From the IMG/VR virus record IMGVR_UViG_3300042197_004116, positions 11,464 through 75,463 of that record: a stretch of DNA of 64,000 nt; one strand, written 5' to 3'. Made by a program: the position numbers and the translations under genes. This document shows, in pieces, positions 22,311 through 33,562 of this stretch. The notes beneath the pieces are model-generated. The model was not told the DNA's origin, made no database searches, and worked only from the letters and a program-made list of their open reading frames with translations. Each line of letters starts with the position of its first letter. Position 1 is the stretch's first letter. The DNA comes from a virus.

Positions 22311-25300
22311 TTTAACTATTGGTACAGCTAATACAAATACCTTTAATATTAATTTAAAGGATTTTTATGATGCTCAGACAGGAATTGATCCTCTAGATAG
22401 TAACGTTACATTTACTGTTGCAGGTAATATTGGAAGTAATTCTACTTCAAATTATGCTATTGATACAGGTATATGGCCTGTAGGATGGAATTTAACGCTT
22501 ATAATCCCTCAAACTCAAGAAAATACTACATTGCCAGTTAGTGGTGTTGTAGCTGGTAAAGGAGGAAGCGGTGGTTACAATGGACCATCTTCTTCTAGGG
22601 AGGGTAAAAACGGTGGATCTGCTATTAGACTTTTACATGATTTAACTCTTTATAATTATGGAACGTTAGGTGGTGGTGGAGGGGGCGGAGCAGCTGTATT
22701 TCTTGAGCCACAGGGTGGAGCATGTGGCATAAGTCCAATATCTTGGAGTGTGGGTGGTGCTGGCGGTGCAGGTATTAGTGAAGGCCCAGGAATAGCATAC
22801 AATGCTTTCTATTCAGCTGTTGGTTATACAAATTATACTGGTAATAGCAGCACCTATCTATCTGGTGGTTCTTTATCAGCAAGTCCTTTAATAACTGGAT
22901 GCGGTGCTGACTTACCACCTGGTTATAGTAATAATGGTTATGGTGGAAATTTAGGAGAAAATGGAGGTGGTGCAACATCACAGAATGCTGGTGGAGCTTT
23001 TGGAAGTTACCCAGGAGGAATAAAAGGGTCTGCAGTCTATATGTCAGGCCAAACCTTATATCTTTATAATTACGGTTCAATCTATGGTGGTTATGATTTT
23101 ACAGCTGGTGGTACAGTTGTACAGTTGTTTCCTATACCAACAGTTACACCTACTCCTACACCTACTCCTACACCTACTCCTACTCCTATTTCACTAGGAC
23201 TAGCAGGTACAGGGATAAATTATTTTGGTGGCGGGCAAGTAAATGATGTAAGCTTATTTTTACCTGTTACAGGTTTATGGAATAAAATTAGCATAGGCGG
23301 TTATCACACATATGCACTTTCTGGTAATACGTGGTATGTTGCAGGTAGCAATATTTACGGTGAAACAGGTCAAGGTATAACCAACTCAACAATACTAACA
23401 TCTCTTACACCCTGTCTAACAGGAGGCTGGGATAATATTTTTAGTGGACTAGGTAACCATGTTTTCGCATTGTCTTCAAATAAATTCTATGGTTGCGGCT
23501 ATAATGCTTTCTATCAGTTAGGTTTAGGTAATAATGTTAATATAAATACTTTTACCCTAATTACTGGTAATTGGAGCAAATTTGCACCTGGTCATACCTC
23601 TACGTTTGCACTATCAGCAGATTCTTTAATTCCAAATACCTGGTTTTCTGCTGGATTAAATAATTATGGTCAGTTAGGTACAGGTGACAATTTAAGTACA
23701 ACTTCTTTCAGAAAACTAACAGGTTCTTGGGATGATATTGCACCGGGGCGCGACCACACATTAGCACTATCAGGAAACAAGTTGTTTGCAACCGGTGATA
23801 ATACATCTGGTCAATGTGGTCAAGGGTCAACCGTACCATTTCAATTTTATTCTTTTAAACAAATACCCGGAAACTGGGAAAAAATAAAAGCCGGTACACA
23901 AACAACTTTTGCATTATCTGCAGGCACAAACAGATGGTATGCTTGTGGTAATAACTCTCTCGGTGGACTGGGTTTAGATACCTTGCCATCAATTTTTTCT
24001 CTTTTAACACCGCTAACAGCAAATTGGGATAATATTATACCACTGAATACTAATTCAACATTTGCATTTTCTGGTAACAAACTATTTGCAACAGGGCATA
24101 ATTTTGCTGGTCAATTAGGACTTGGTAATACTATTAGTAATACAACCTCTTTTTTACAGGTTACAGGAAGTTGGGATACTGTTGGTGGGGGAAATGGTTT
24201 TGCAGCAGCTTTATTTTTAGACCCTACCCCCACCCCTACACCTACTCCTACACCCACTCCAACTATAACACTTACTCCCACACCCACCATTACTCAAACC
24301 CCCTTTCCTACTCAAACCCCCTTTCCTACTCAAACACCTAATCCTACAGTAACTCCTACCCCTACACCCACAATTAGCCCTACTCCTACTATTACCCCTA
24401 CCCCTGCTCCTACTTCTACTATAACCCCTACACCCACCCCTACTATTGCACCTACTGCTACACCTGTCCCTCCATTATCTGAAGTTCAAATAACCAAAAG
24501 ACTTCAATTCTTTGAAAACACCGGAATAGATTCTTTGAATTTAACTACTGCTTCTTTTAAAAATAAAATAAAAGTAATTTATGGTAATAGTGCTTCTGGT
24601 GATAATTTCTTGTTTTTTGACCCTACTCAAGAAATTTCAAGCAATTTAGCAGCCTTGGTACCTGGAGAAACATACTTGTTTATTTCTAAAGAAGTACCGT
24701 ACAGCTTTAATATAAATCTTTTTCCTCCTACTCCCACTCCCACTCCTACAATTTCCCCTACCCCTACCATTTCTCCTACGCCTACACCTACACCCTCACC
24801 TACTATAACACCTACGCCCACTATTACGCCGTCTCCTACACCTTCACCCACTATTACTCCCACCCCTACTCCTACTGTCACACCTACACCCACTGAAACT
24901 CCCACCCCCACGCCTACTATAACACCTACTCCTTCTCCTACGCCTACTATAACACCTACTCCTTCTCCTACACCAACCATTACACCCACACCAACGGCAA
25001 CACCGTCACCGACACCCACTATTACACCAACACCTACAGTAACACCCACACCAACTGCTACTGCTAACCCTATTAATATTGGCCCTGCAACAAATATAAA
25101 TTTAAAATCTACATATGATTCTACATTCGGTGTTCCTTCTGGACCAGTTAATGCAACGTTTGTTGCTGTAGGTAATATTGGAAGTTCATCAACAGGTACA
25201 GCAGCTTTAGATACAGGAAGCTGGCCTGCTGGATCAAACGTCACTTTAATTGTCAATGCTGGTGTGGGTGTTGCTGGTTGCGGTGGATCACCTATTTCTT

Positions 25301-25683
25301 CAAGCTGTGGTGGTAATAGTGACAGGAGTCAAGGCGGTGGAGCCGGAGGAAATGCTATTAATTTGAGTTATCCTTTAAGTATTACTAATAACGGTATAAT
25401 TGGTGGTGGAGGTTTCGGCGGTACATCATTTTGTTGGTGGGTAATGGGGTGTGTACCTCCTGGTAATACTTATGTTAATGGAAGTGGCAGTACAGGAGCA
25501 GGCATTAATGGTTTCTGGAATGGTTCTGGCGGTGGCCCTTCAGCACCTTCATATACTTTTGGATGCCATAATAAGACTGCTGGAGCCGGCGGAGCTCTTG
25601 GAACAAGTGGTGCAGCTATTAAAACAAACGGTAATAGTTATAGTGTAACAGGCAATTCTTTATTTGGTAGTGTAATACCTTAA
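22303..25683 (+). CDS. Modular adhesin: gp38-like Gly-rich domain, RCC1 propeller, PT stalks, second gp38-like domain
   Basis: GxNxxGQLGxG repeats; GNIGSxST...DTG-WP; NxGx[LI]GGGG; ATG 22303 preferred over GTG 22285. Confidence 0.75.
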   Translation: MVNLTIGTANTNTFNINLKDFYDAQTGIDPLDSNVTFTVAGNIGSNSTSNYAIDTGIWPVGWNLTLIIPQTQENTTLPVSGVVAGKGGSGGYNGPSSSREGKNGGSAIRLLHDLTLYNYGTLGGGGGGGAAVFLEPQGGACGISPISWSVGGAGGAGISEGPGIAYNAFYSAVGYTNYTGNSSTYLSGGSLSASPLITGCGADLPPGYSNNGYGGNLGENGGGATSQNAGGAFGSYPGGIKGSAVYMSGQTLYLYNYGSIYGGYDFTAGGTVVQLFPIPTVTPTPTPTPTPTPTPISLGLAGTGINYFGGGQVNDVSLFLPVTGLWNKISIGGYHTYALSGNTWYVAGSNIYGETGQGITNSTILTSLTPCLTGGWDNIFSGLGNHVFALSSNKFYGCGYNAFYQLGLGNNVNINTFTLITGNWSKFAPGHTSTFALSADSLIPNTWFSAGLNNYGQLGTGDNLSTTSFRKLTGSWDDIAPGRDHTLALSGNKLFATGDNTSGQCGQGSTVPFQFYSFKQIPGNWEKIKAGTQTTFALSAGTNRWYACGNNSLGGLGLDTLPSIFSLLTPLTANWDNIIPLNTNSTFAFSGNKLFATGHNFAGQLGLGNTISNTTSFLQVTGSWDTVGGGNGFAAALFLDPTPTPTPTPTPTPTITLTPTPTITQTPFPTQTPFPTQTPNPTVTPTPTPTISPTPTITPTPAPTSTITPTPTPTIAPTATPVPPLSEVQITKRLQFFENTGIDSLNLTTASFKNKIKVIYGNSASGDNFLFFDPTQEISSNLAALVPGETYLFISKEVPYSFNINLFPPTPTPTPTISPTPTISPTPTPTPSPTITPTPTITPSPTPSPTITPTPTPTVTPTPTETPTPTPTITPTPSPTPTITPTPSPTPTITPTPTATPSPTPTITPTPTVTPTPTATANPINIGPATNINLKSTYDSTFGVPSGPVNATFVAVGNIGSSSTGTAALDTGSWPAGSNVTLIVNAGVGVAGCGGSPISSSCGGNSDRSQGGGAGGNAINLSYPLSITNNGIIGGGGFGGTSFCWWVMGCVPPGNTYVNGSGSTGAGINGFWNGSGGGPSAPSYTFGCHNKTAGAGGALGTSGAAIKTNGNSYSVTGNSLFGSVIP
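24223..24474 (+). repeat. Pro-Thr repeat tract
   Basis: Includes a duplicated TQTPFP unit. Confidence 0.95.
24724..25062 (+). repeat. Pro-Thr/Ser repeat tract
   Basis: [12 protein letters not shown] units. Confidence 0.95.
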
Positions 25684-25693
25684 ATACTAAAAA

Positions 25694-26938
25694 ATGATAA
25701 CAATTACTAAATTACAGCAGATAGTTAAGTATGATGCACCATACCCTACTAACCTAATTACTTGGCCGCAAAGAAATCTGGTCAGTAAAATTCTTTCTGT
25801 AGATGAATCTGGAGAATTTTATAGAGAATTTATACCTGATGCAAACCCTTCATTACAAGAAGGCAATTCACTATCCGCTTTAGAGCCATATGAAACATAC
25901 ATTTTTTATTCTAATACAATTCCTTATACTATTTTCGTTCAAACCCCTACCCCTACACCTACCCCCTCTCCTACACCTACAGTTACATCTACACCCACTA
26001 TTACCCCTACACCTACAGTAACACCTACACCTGAACCTACTTTAACGCCCACACCCACACCTACAGTAACACCTTCTCCAACACCTACATTTACACCTAC
26101 TGTTACCCCTACCCCTACTATTACCCCATCTCCTACACCGACCCTTGAACCTGAAGGGGTACCTGTAATATGGTTAAAATCTGATACTGATGTTACCACT
26201 AGTAATTCGAATGTATTATCTTGGAAAAACCAAACCAACGTAGGTGATATTTTACCTTTTTATAACGCAAGACCAGCATTGTCTTTAAACAGTCTTTTGA
26301 AGTTTCCTGCTATAAGATTTAAAAGAACAGGCAATTCCGGTCAAGGTATAGTGTATGATGGTGCTATTAATTTATTAAATTCCACTATGTTCGTTGTTTG
26401 TAAACAAAATTTTGACTATACCAGCACTAATTCTCAAGATGGATTAAATGGTAGAATTATTTCTATGGTACCTTTTGGTGGTGTAGAAGCTTCAAATGGA
26501 GGGTTGGCTCTTTACTATGAAAATGGATCTAATAACACTCTTTCAAACTTAGTAATTCAATCTAATAATATTAAAGCAACCTATAACATGACTCAAAAGA
26601 ACAAATATTCTTGGGCTATCATAGCTTACAGGATTAATACTCAAGGTAAAATAGATTTATACTATAATAAAACGCTTGTAGCTTCTACTACTAACCCAAA
26701 TATGCAACCACAGAATAGCCAGGGCCAAATATACATTGGAAACAATAGCAACTTATTTAATAACACAAGCTTGCTTGGAGATATTACGGAAATTATAGCT
26801 TATAATTCTTATATTCCTGATTATCAGTTTGAATCAGTAACTAATACACTATCTTCTAAGTATTTTCCTATACCTTTAATAAAGACTCAATCTGGTAATT
26901 ACATTACTACAAACGCAGAAGATAATATAGAAATTTAA
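25694..26938 (+). CDS. PT-stalk protein with a LamG/ConA-like domain
   Basis: WLKSD...VLSWKNQ...PAIRF...STMFVV...[10 protein letters not shown]. Confidence 0.75.
   Translation: MITITKLQQIVKYDAPYPTNLITWPQRNLVSKILSVDESGEFYREFIPDANPSLQEGNSLSALEPYETYIFYSNTIPYTIFVQTPTPTPTPSPTPTVTSTPTITPTPTVTPTPEPTLTPTPTPTVTPSPTPTFTPTVTPTPTITPSPTPTLEPEGVPVIWLKSDTDVTTSNSNVLSWKNQTNVGDILPFYNARPALSLNSLLKFPAIRFKRTGNSGQGIVYDGAINLLNSTMFVVCKQNFDYTSTNSQDGLNGRIISMVPFGGVEASNGGLALYYENGSNNTLSNLVIQSNNIKATYNMTQKNKYSWAIIAYRINTQGKIDLYYNKTLVASTTNPNMQPQNSQGQIYIGNNSNLFNNTSLLGDITEIIAYNSYIPDYQFESVTNTLSSKYFPIPLIKTQSGNYITTNAEDNIEI
25943..26147 (+). repeat. Pro-Thr repeat tract
   Basis: Seen in translation. Confidence 0.95.
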
Positions 26939-26949
26939 TAAATATTTTA

Positions 26950-28605
26950 ATGGCTGATGTAAATATTCAGGAATTACCGTTAAAAAGCAATCCTGCAGGT
27001 ACAGATAACTTACCTATCACTGATGGTTCTACTACATTCAGAACACCTATTGCAAATTTAATTAACAACAATCAAATAAATGCTGATTGGAATTCAACTT
27101 CTGGTAAATCTCAAATTTTAAACAAGCCAACACTAGTTGAAGCATCTGATATAAATTCAATTCAAGCTGCTGTTTTTCCTCCTGCTGGATTAGGATTAGA
27201 TACAACAAAAACTGGATTACCTATTGACTCAGGTTCTTATGATGCATCAACTTTAATTTCAAAGGACAGACAATGTGTTTTAGTTACAGGTGATGGCAGA
27301 AGCTCAGGATTAGGAACTTCTTATTTTGGATATCATAACTACAGCAAAGTAATTCCACAAGGAAACTATCAACCATATAAACAATATTTGTTTGATTATT
27401 TGTTTAGAGGTTATCAATACTGGGCTGGTATTACCAACGAAAAAAGAGTTTTTGTAGCTGGTTACTGGCCTTATGGAAATGGTGTTGATGCCACGGTACC
27501 TAATAACTATGCAACTTACAGTACATACTATTCTATAGGCGCTTCAAATTTAGTTACTTTCGGAGGCGCAGCTCCAGGAACACAAATTGCATCACTGTTT
27601 GTCCCTGCTTATAATGGTCAAGGTAATTATGCTGCAGCTTTCATAAAGGGAACTGATAACCGACTTTATGGGTTTGGTTATGATGGTAACGGATGGATGG
27701 CCAATAATGGTAATAATAGACCAAGACTAGGCTATCTTGGTCTTGCAGGGGTAAATTATGTTCATGGTAGGGGATTAACTTTATTAGCATTGTTAACAGA
27801 TGGTACTATTAGAGGAATAGGCTATGGAGCTAGAGGAGAGATGGGAGATGGTACCCCTGGAACCAATAATAATACATGGGTTGTTGTATTAAAACAATCT
27901 GACAGTTCAATACTAAACAACGTAAAACAAATTCAAGTTGAAGGAGCATGGCAAGCACAATCTTGTTATGCAGTTACAAATAATGGAGAATTATACTCAT
28001 GGGGGTACAATGGTTATGGTCAATTAGGTGACAATACAGTAACCAATAGAGCAAAAGCAGTTTTAGTAGTTTCATCTGGAGTGAGTGAAGTAGTTACTGG
28101 TGGTAAAAACTACCATTCAGCTTTTTATATTACAAACGATAGAAGGTATCTTTATGCATGTGGTTATAATGGTTATGGTCAATTAGGAAATGGAAATACT
28201 ACTGCATTAAAAACATTTACCCAAGTTTTAGATGCAAATTCAGTAGGATCAACTATAAAGAAAGTTATTTGTATAGGTGACGGTTCTTATAGTACCACAT
28301 TTGTTTTGTTTGAAAATGGTAGAATTTATGCAGCAGGCTATATGACAGGTACTGCTGTAAACGTTATAAGTAATGATTCTAAGCTAGGTGCAGGTGTGGG
28401 CTGGAGAGAGTCAACCCCAGCTTTTGATTTTAATACAGAAACAGTAATAGATATAGGCTGGACAGGATATTCTAATCAAAATACAGTTTATGCATTATCT
28501 AATAAAGGAAATATGTGTGTAATGGGATATAATCATAATTGGAAATTAGGAATTGCATCTGCTAATCAAAATGCATGGGTACCCTACTGGATACAAGTAA
28601 GATAA
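26950..28605 (+). CDS. RCC1/BLIP-II-like beta-propeller fibre-tip protein
   Basis: GELYSWGYNGYGQLGD, LYACGYNGYGQLGNG; fibre-type N-terminus. Confidence 0.85.
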   Translation: MADVNIQELPLKSNPAGTDNLPITDGSTTFRTPIANLINNNQINADWNSTSGKSQILNKPTLVEASDINSIQAAVFPPAGLGLDTTKTGLPIDSGSYDASTLISKDRQCVLVTGDGRSSGLGTSYFGYHNYSKVIPQGNYQPYKQYLFDYLFRGYQYWAGITNEKRVFVAGYWPYGNGVDATVPNNYATYSTYYSIGASNLVTFGGAAPGTQIASLFVPAYNGQGNYAAAFIKGTDNRLYGFGYDGNGWMANNGNNRPRLGYLGLAGVNYVHGRGLTLLALLTDGTIRGIGYGARGEMGDGTPGTNNNTWVVVLKQSDSSILNNVKQIQVEGAWQAQSCYAVTNNGELYSWGYNGYGQLGDNTVTNRAKAVLVVSSGVSEVVTGGKNYHSAFYITNDRRYLYACGYNGYGQLGNGNTTALKTFTQVLDANSVGSTIKKVICIGDGSYSTTFVLFENGRIYAAGYMTGTAVNVISNDSKLGAGVGWRESTPAFDFNTETVIDIGWTGYSNQNTVYALSNKGNMCVMGYNHNWKLGIASANQNAWVPYWIQVR

Positions 28606-28650
28606 GTAAAATAACCTGTTAAAATATACTTTTTTCTTTAAATAATTAAG

Positions 28651-31600
28651 ATGCAAATTTTTAATTTGACAGAAACCAACTGTACACCGCTTTCTACACA
28701 TTACAACTTAGATAGTACAGTTTCCTTTAAAAAACATACTCTTTTTACTGAAAACAACATATTTTTTAATTTAGAAAATGTTTTTAAAGATCCAAACGAT
28801 TTTACCACAAACAATTACTCTAATCTCTACTTAACTAGTAAGAAATTTATTAATGATATTATTCAAATTAATTCTTTAAACTACATAGATGATACAGGGT
28901 TTTCTACCTCCCTTGCAGCAAATTCACTATTTGCAATTAACGAAAATTCAAAATATTGGGTATGTGAAGAACCTGAATATTACACAAACATTGCACAAGT
29001 AGCTGTTTCAGGTTTGCAAGCAGATTTTGATAACAGATACTATTTTGAATTAGTTTTTATTGATAATTTTACTTGTAAAATTTACCATGAAAACGATGGA
29101 GTGAAGAGAGTCTTAACCCTAGATACTACTGCTAATTTGAGTTTCTGTAAAGAAGATACTGATTTAGACTATTTAGGAGAATATAGCCCTCAAATATTTC
29201 TTTACATATATGATAGAGCACAGGATTTAATTCTTTTCTTTAAAAATGTAAACGATATTATCTATTATGTAACATTTAATAGTGTAACCAGTGACTTAAT
29301 ACTTTCAGAAGTACTTTCAGGAACTTCTCTTGATTTTACTAACAGAACTGTTTTCAGATGTGAACCAAGAAATGATTCTACTAATTTAACTTATCTTGAT
29401 GATCCTTATTTAGCCTACCAAAAAATACCTAACAGTTTAGAGGTAGATGAGAGTTTGAGCTTTGAAAACACACAAGCTAATTTTTTGCTTAATACTGAAT
29501 ACCAAAATATTACTAGTGGTGATAAATTAGATGTAAATGTTTTATCTTTAAAAAATACCAATACAGCTGAAAATTATCAATCAAGAGGCAATCCTATTTA
29601 TTATGATAGCAATGTTGTTAACCGTGATTATAAAAAACTATTCACTGGTTCAAACCAAGAGTTAGGAAATGATAATATTACAGTAGGATATGAAACCTAT
29701 ACGTCAAATGTAATCTTTAAAAAAGATAAGGTAACATATTTTCATGTTCCTCAAAACATTTACCCCTTACACCAACTTAACATTAATGACTCTAAACTAG
29801 CAGAGTCAGGTGCCATTGCTGGTGACCATCCTATGAAATCTGATAAAATTTTTAAGAAAAAAGCTGACTATAAATATACAAGTTATTTTGGTAATACTAA
29901 GTTGGAAAACATAGGTACATTTCTATGTTCTTGGCTTTCAGGAAATCAAGATATTAATACAAGACCTATATGGATGGACAGATATTACTTTCCTTCCAAG
30001 GTTTCTTTTTTAGGTGCATTATCATCAAATGATTTTAATGCTATTGAATACAGGTCTTTTTATGATTGTATTGCAGGTGATTTAACTCCAGATATTCATG
30101 TTTACGATAAAAGATCGGATTCTATATTTGAACCTGGAACTTATTATGCTTACCATCATTTAGGAGAAAAATATAGTTCAGATTTTATCAATTATTTAAA
30201 AGATAATCTAATTCAAAAAGTATTTTATACTTATAAAACAACACCACCAAATAGTTTTAATATTTCTCAAGACTTTAATAATCCTGAATACATCTTTAAT
30301 GGTAATAATTACACATTATCTGAAAATTTATCATCTATAGATGATAGCAATCAATTTACCTTAATAGCTGATATATATAATGAAGATTGGCAAAGCCCCT
30401 TTGGGTATCAAATTTTAGGTAATTATGTTAATGATGGCTTTGGGGTTTTTAATTGTAATGAAATTACTCCAGAATTGGGTTTTATATATAGTAATGACTC
30501 TATTGGTACCAATATTAATTTTGATATTATAAGAAAATTTGAAAACATTTCATTTTCTCCTTCTAACAGTGGTGTTGTAATAAAAACTGAAGGTTTTAGT
30601 GATTTTTTTGTTCTAGATCAAACACCTACTGATGCTACCTTTGCTAGATATGATATAAGATCTTCAATCATATACTTTATAACAGATAGCCGGCTTAAAA
30701 ATTTTTATGACTATGATTATGATTCTGAAAATGTATATGTTCTAGGCAGAGACAGTGCTACCTCAGACGGTAGATTGTTTAAAATATCCATGGTAGATGG
30801 TAAAATAGATGAAATATTTGACACAACTACAGCTTATAATTTATATTTCTTACAATTTCCATTAGACTCTATTAAAGATGCAAGAACCATTAACTTTAAA
30901 CCAAAAAACACTTCTTTTTATTTTACATCAGGTACAAAAGCTGAAAGAGATGATGACATTATATATTTTCAGACATTTAACAACTCAACAAACGCATTTG
31001 AAATTAATAAGTGGAACACCAAGTTTAATTCAACAAGCGCTGATAGTTATTTTGTCTTAATAAGCGCTTACAATTCAATCGAAGATTATGACATTGACTT
31101 AGATGAAAATGTTCATCTTTTATATGATAAAAATAGATATGCAGTCTTTGATAAAAATAATCAGTTAATACACAAAACTATTTTACCGCACCTTTCATCA
31201 GTTGCTAGAAGTACCATTGTTGATTTTGCATTCTTCTTAAGCGATGACAACAGCGGTCTTAAGAAATATACACTAATATGTGCTTCTTCTGCAAATGGTA
31301 ATAATATAGTATATAAAATAGATGATCAAAACAATATTATTCAAACATTTACCCCGCCATACAAAGGGTTTGTAAGAAATTCTATTACCAATTCATCTTT
31401 CTTAAGAAACTATAAATCAGATTTATTTCTAGGTGAATACTTTAATATAAAGTTAAAGTTAAAGAATTTTATAAATTTAAATGAAACTATAAGTTATAAC
31501 TGGTTTTACAGTCTATCTTCACTAACCCCTGGATACCATAATTTTGTCTTTAGATTTGACAGTGATTATGGTACATTTCATATGCTTGTAGATGGAAAAA

Positions 31601-32058
31601 TAGAAATAGAGGAATATTTTACACCTGACAAGTATATATTTTCAAACTTATTTACTAGACCATTCTTTTTTGGTACAGGTCCTTATTTTAATACTGTTCC
31701 TATTTTTGATTACCTAAAACTAGATACATTAAATGCAAAAGATATTAAAATGAAGAATGTATATATCTATAATAAAGCTCTTAATTATTTCGATATAATG
31801 TTTCACAACAAAGCAAATTCACAAATAAGCGACATAGTTTTTGATTTACCCAGTGGTAGAAGAAATTATTTAGAAGAAATTGAAAGGTATTTTAAATATA
31901 AAACACCTGGCCACAAATCTCCTCAGCTTAATGTTGTTTTAAAGAACACAGGTATTAATGATAATGTTTTAAGAAAAGAAATTGAATCAAGAATCTATTC
32001 ACTTTTAGATAAATCTCTTCCTGCTTATACAAAAGTTAATACGGTAAAATGGAGTTAA
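28651..32058 (+). CDS. Large structural protein with LamG-like segments
   Basis: GYHNFVFRFD...MLVDGK...FFFGTG...IYNKAL. Confidence 0.6.
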   Translation: MQIFNLTETNCTPLSTHYNLDSTVSFKKHTLFTENNIFFNLENVFKDPNDFTTNNYSNLYLTSKKFINDIIQINSLNYIDDTGFSTSLAANSLFAINENSKYWVCEEPEYYTNIAQVAVSGLQADFDNRYYFELVFIDNFTCKIYHENDGVKRVLTLDTTANLSFCKEDTDLDYLGEYSPQIFLYIYDRAQDLILFFKNVNDIIYYVTFNSVTSDLILSEVLSGTSLDFTNRTVFRCEPRNDSTNLTYLDDPYLAYQKIPNSLEVDESLSFENTQANFLLNTEYQNITSGDKLDVNVLSLKNTNTAENYQSRGNPIYYDSNVVNRDYKKLFTGSNQELGNDNITVGYETYTSNVIFKKDKVTYFHVPQNIYPLHQLNINDSKLAESGAIAGDHPMKSDKIFKKKADYKYTSYFGNTKLENIGTFLCSWLSGNQDINTRPIWMDRYYFPSKVSFLGALSSNDFNAIEYRSFYDCIAGDLTPDIHVYDKRSDSIFEPGTYYAYHHLGEKYSSDFINYLKDNLIQKVFYTYKTTPPNSFNISQDFNNPEYIFNGNNYTLSENLSSIDDSNQFTLIADIYNEDWQSPFGYQILGNYVNDGFGVFNCNEITPELGFIYSNDSIGTNINFDIIRKFENISFSPSNSGVVIKTEGFSDFFVLDQTPTDATFARYDIRSSIIYFITDSRLKNFYDYDYDSENVYVLGRDSATSDGRLFKISMVDGKIDEIFDTTTAYNLYFLQFPLDSIKDARTINFKPKNTSFYFTSGTKAERDDDIIYFQTFNNSTNAFEINKWNTKFNSTSADSYFVLISAYNSIEDYDIDLDENVHLLYDKNRYAVFDKNNQLIHKTILPHLSSVARSTIVDFAFFLSDDNSGLKKYTLICASSANGNNIVYKIDDQNNIIQTFTPPYKGFVRNSITNSSFLRNYKSDLFLGEYFNIKLKLKNFINLNETISYNWFYSLSSLTPGYHNFVFRFDSDYGTFHMLVDGKIEIEEYFTPDKYIFSNLFTRPFFFGTGPYFNTVPIFDYLKLDTLNAKDIKMKNVYIYNKALNYFDIMFHNKANSQISDIVFDLPSGRRNYLEEIERYFKYKTPGHKSPQLNVVLKNTGINDNVLRKEIESRIYSLLDKSLPAYTKVNTVKWS

Positions 32059-32059
32059 A

Positions 32060-33562
32060 ATGAATATTGAACAAGAAATAATTAATAGTGGGTTTATTTA
32101 TGATAGAACACCAGACCAGCCTTTAGTTTTACCATTTAGCCCCGAAGAACTACTAATACAAGCCAATGATAATGTAACTGCAGATGTAATAAACCTAAAA
32201 CTTAAAAATATTCATGACAATTTCTTGTATCTATATACAAGATGCAAAATTACGTCTAATTTAATTCCACTCAGCACCACTGGTATATTAGGACTAAGCT
32301 CTTCTACTAATCAAAATTTTTCATGGACTAAGGGCCTTACATCTAATAATTTCTTTAATTTTAGCATTACTTCCCCTCTTACTAGCTTGCAAATATGTTT
32401 TAATAATGCAAAAGTAATTTTTACCATAGCTAATAATGAATTGCCTCAGTATATTATGTTTCTATCTAACGGTAATTATTTAGCAGCTATTTATTCAAAA
32501 AATGAAGAGGAGGGACTTACAATTTCACCGGTAGTGTTTTCTGCATTTAATCCTAATTTTGTAAATTCTGATGTATTTTATGATATTGTTTCTATTACCA
32601 ACGGCCCTAGAAATACATTTTTAATACTAGATAAAGGCAGCAATAAATTATATCAATACATTTCTAAAGGTATTACTGAAAATAATAATATCTACAATAA
32701 CAACCCATACTTACTTTTACAATTAGACTCTTACATTGGAGAGTTTGGCGTCTCTACAGATAAATTAGGTTTTAATTCGCCCACTGATGTAATTACTTAC
32801 AACAATAATGTTTATGTATTAGATACAGGTAATAAAAGTGTTAAAAAATATGATGAATATTTAAATTGGCAATATACTTATATTTTAGAAAAAGATTTTC
32901 TCTTTGAGAAGCCTCTTAAATTAAAAGTTGATAATGAAGGTAATTTCTTTTGCTTATTATCAGGCAACAAATATTTTATATACGATAATAATTTTCAAAC
33001 TAAACAAGAAATTGAAATAGACTTCTTTAATAACTCTGAACAAGCAATTGATTTCTTCTTTTCACCAACTGATACAAATGTATTTTATATAATTACAAAT
33101 CAAAATGTATATAAAAGTTTGAGAAGCAATTTAGATTATCCAGTAGGAAGATATCTAATGTATTATATGAATTACGCTGACCCTCAGCTTATAAAAGGTT
33201 TTTGTGCGCATAAAAATGGTAAAAACGATAAAACTTTTATATTATCTGTAAATTCTACAAACAGTGCAACTATAGTAGGAGCATTTGCAGACAATATTAA
33301 TCTTTATGACAGTCTCATACAGCCTAGTTTTGATATCTATAGTTTTGATGAAATAAAACTCAATCCAGATGAATATGTTCAAAGCTGGGTTTTAAACAAG
33401 TCTATAAATAAAATTATTGCAAATCATATAAGATTAATGGATCAATTAATAGGTAAATTTACATTTAAGTATGATTATAGAGGAAATGCAGTTTTTAATT
33501 TTACAAAATATTTAACACAAGAAGAAAAAACCAATATACGTAATATTGGAGGTATTATATGA
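32060..33562 (+). CDS. NHL-repeat (beta-propeller) structural protein
   Basis: [28 protein letters not shown]; [13 protein letters not shown]. Confidence 0.75.
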   Translation: MNIEQEIINSGFIYDRTPDQPLVLPFSPEELLIQANDNVTADVINLKLKNIHDNFLYLYTRCKITSNLIPLSTTGILGLSSSTNQNFSWTKGLTSNNFFNFSITSPLTSLQICFNNAKVIFTIANNELPQYIMFLSNGNYLAAIYSKNEEEGLTISPVVFSAFNPNFVNSDVFYDIVSITNGPRNTFLILDKGSNKLYQYISKGITENNNIYNNNPYLLLQLDSYIGEFGVSTDKLGFNSPTDVITYNNNVYVLDTGNKSVKKYDEYLNWQYTYILEKDFLFEKPLKLKVDNEGNFFCLLSGNKYFIYDNNFQTKQEIEIDFFNNSEQAIDFFFSPTDTNVFYIITNQNVYKSLRSNLDYPVGRYLMYYMNYADPQLIKGFCAHKNGKNDKTFILSVNSTNSATIVGAFADNINLYDSLIQPSFDIYSFDEIKLNPDEYVQSWVLNKSINKIIANHIRLMDQLIGKFTFKYDYRGNAVFNFTKYLTQEEKTNIRNIGGII

